NCBI GenBank assembly: GCA_965240325.2
Contig: OZ251224.1
Span: 3,472,001-3,536,000, forward strand
From: Rebecca billardiae RCC1528
Lineage: Eukaryota > Protista > Haptophyta
Direction: 5' to 3'
Length of the DNA: 64,000 nt
The stretch's first letter is position 1. Each line of letters opens with the position of its first letter. The position numbers and the translations under genes are program-made. The notes under the pieces were generated by a model. The model saw only the letters and a list, made by a program, of their open reading frames with translations. It did not search any database and was not told the DNA's origin. Of the stretch, positions 63,619-64,000 are shown in pieces.

Positions 63619-64000
63619 TTAGTAGTCAGCCCACAGAGGCTGGGGGCTGGAATTGCGGCGATGCGAGGACGCAGTCGTGGCGAGCCATCGCTGTATTCGC
63701 TCACGACCCACCGCCACCTCCTCCTCGAGGAGCGCGCCGTCCTCGTACGAGATGTTGTACCGCGGCCCCTTGGTCGCCGAGTGGTCCACCTCCACGTCAG
63801 TCAGCCAGTGCGTGCGCTCGGCGCCGTACACGCTGCTGGCCCAGTCGTCCGAGTACCAGTTGCGGAAGACGCGCGGGAAGTACGTGCCGAAGACCTCAAA
63901 GTGCGTGCAGTGCACGAACGACTGCGTCATGATCTTGCCGTTGTTCCGGTCAAGCCCGCCGGCGATGCCCAGGTTTGGCGGTGACGAGCCATTGAGCGCG
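63619..64000 (-). CDS. 3' end of a GT-A/GT2-like glycosyltransferase entering from the right edge
   Basis: PPNLGIAG..IMTQSFVHCTHFEVFGTYFP..FRNWYSDDW..VY. The frame stays open to the window edge. Confidence 0.6.
   Translation of the reverse strand, partial: ALNGSSPPNLGIAGGLDRNNGKIMTQSFVHCTHFEVFGTYFPRVFRNWYSDDWASSVYGAERTHWLTDVEVDHSATKGPRYNISYEDGALLEEEVAVGRERIQRWLATTASSHRRNSSPQPLWADY

Noticed and set aside
1-64000. tRNA, rRNA, snRNA or spliced-leader genes
   Set aside because: None is recognisable by eye. The 49-bp dispersed repeat is better explained as a MITE arm. tRNAscan-SE or Infernal would be needed to exclude small ncRNAs.

Overview
This is very GC-rich eukaryotic nuclear DNA, not prokaryotic. 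Several conserved genes are split by GT-AG introns with GTGCGC-type donors and (GC)nCAG acceptors. A plastid-targeted homomeric ACCase, a VDL carotenoid enzyme and the ciliary gene TMEM231 indicate a flagellated alga with a secondary red plastid, most likely a haptophyte (Pavlovales-like; inference). The core genes are AATF/Bfr2, MSH4, a plastid thioredoxin, a WD40 protein, ACCase, GGTase-I beta, TMEM231, a sterol desaturase/FA hydroxylase, prolyl oligopeptidase, a Cj0069-type ATP-grasp protein, PP2A B56, a sulfotransferase-like protein, VDL and WDR26, and many sit in tight head-to-head pairs. They are interrupted by accessory, transposon-rich stretches at about 15.3-31, 42.6-46.5 and 55-59.6 kb. 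These contain: two intronless Sel1-repeat/MYND paralogs whose 36-aa repeats vary almost only in helix A; a small low-GC aegerolysin-like gene; an EsV-1-7 zinc-repeat array with localized variable residues and a start codon supplied by a transposon end; two TIR elements with 4-bp TSDs that carry decayed gene fragments; a TA|CAGTTTA MITE family; and a secreted two-repeat precursor with RxL, dibasic and Gly-Arg-Lys sites that resembles a prohormone for amidated peptides. No rRNA, tRNA or CRISPR array was seen.
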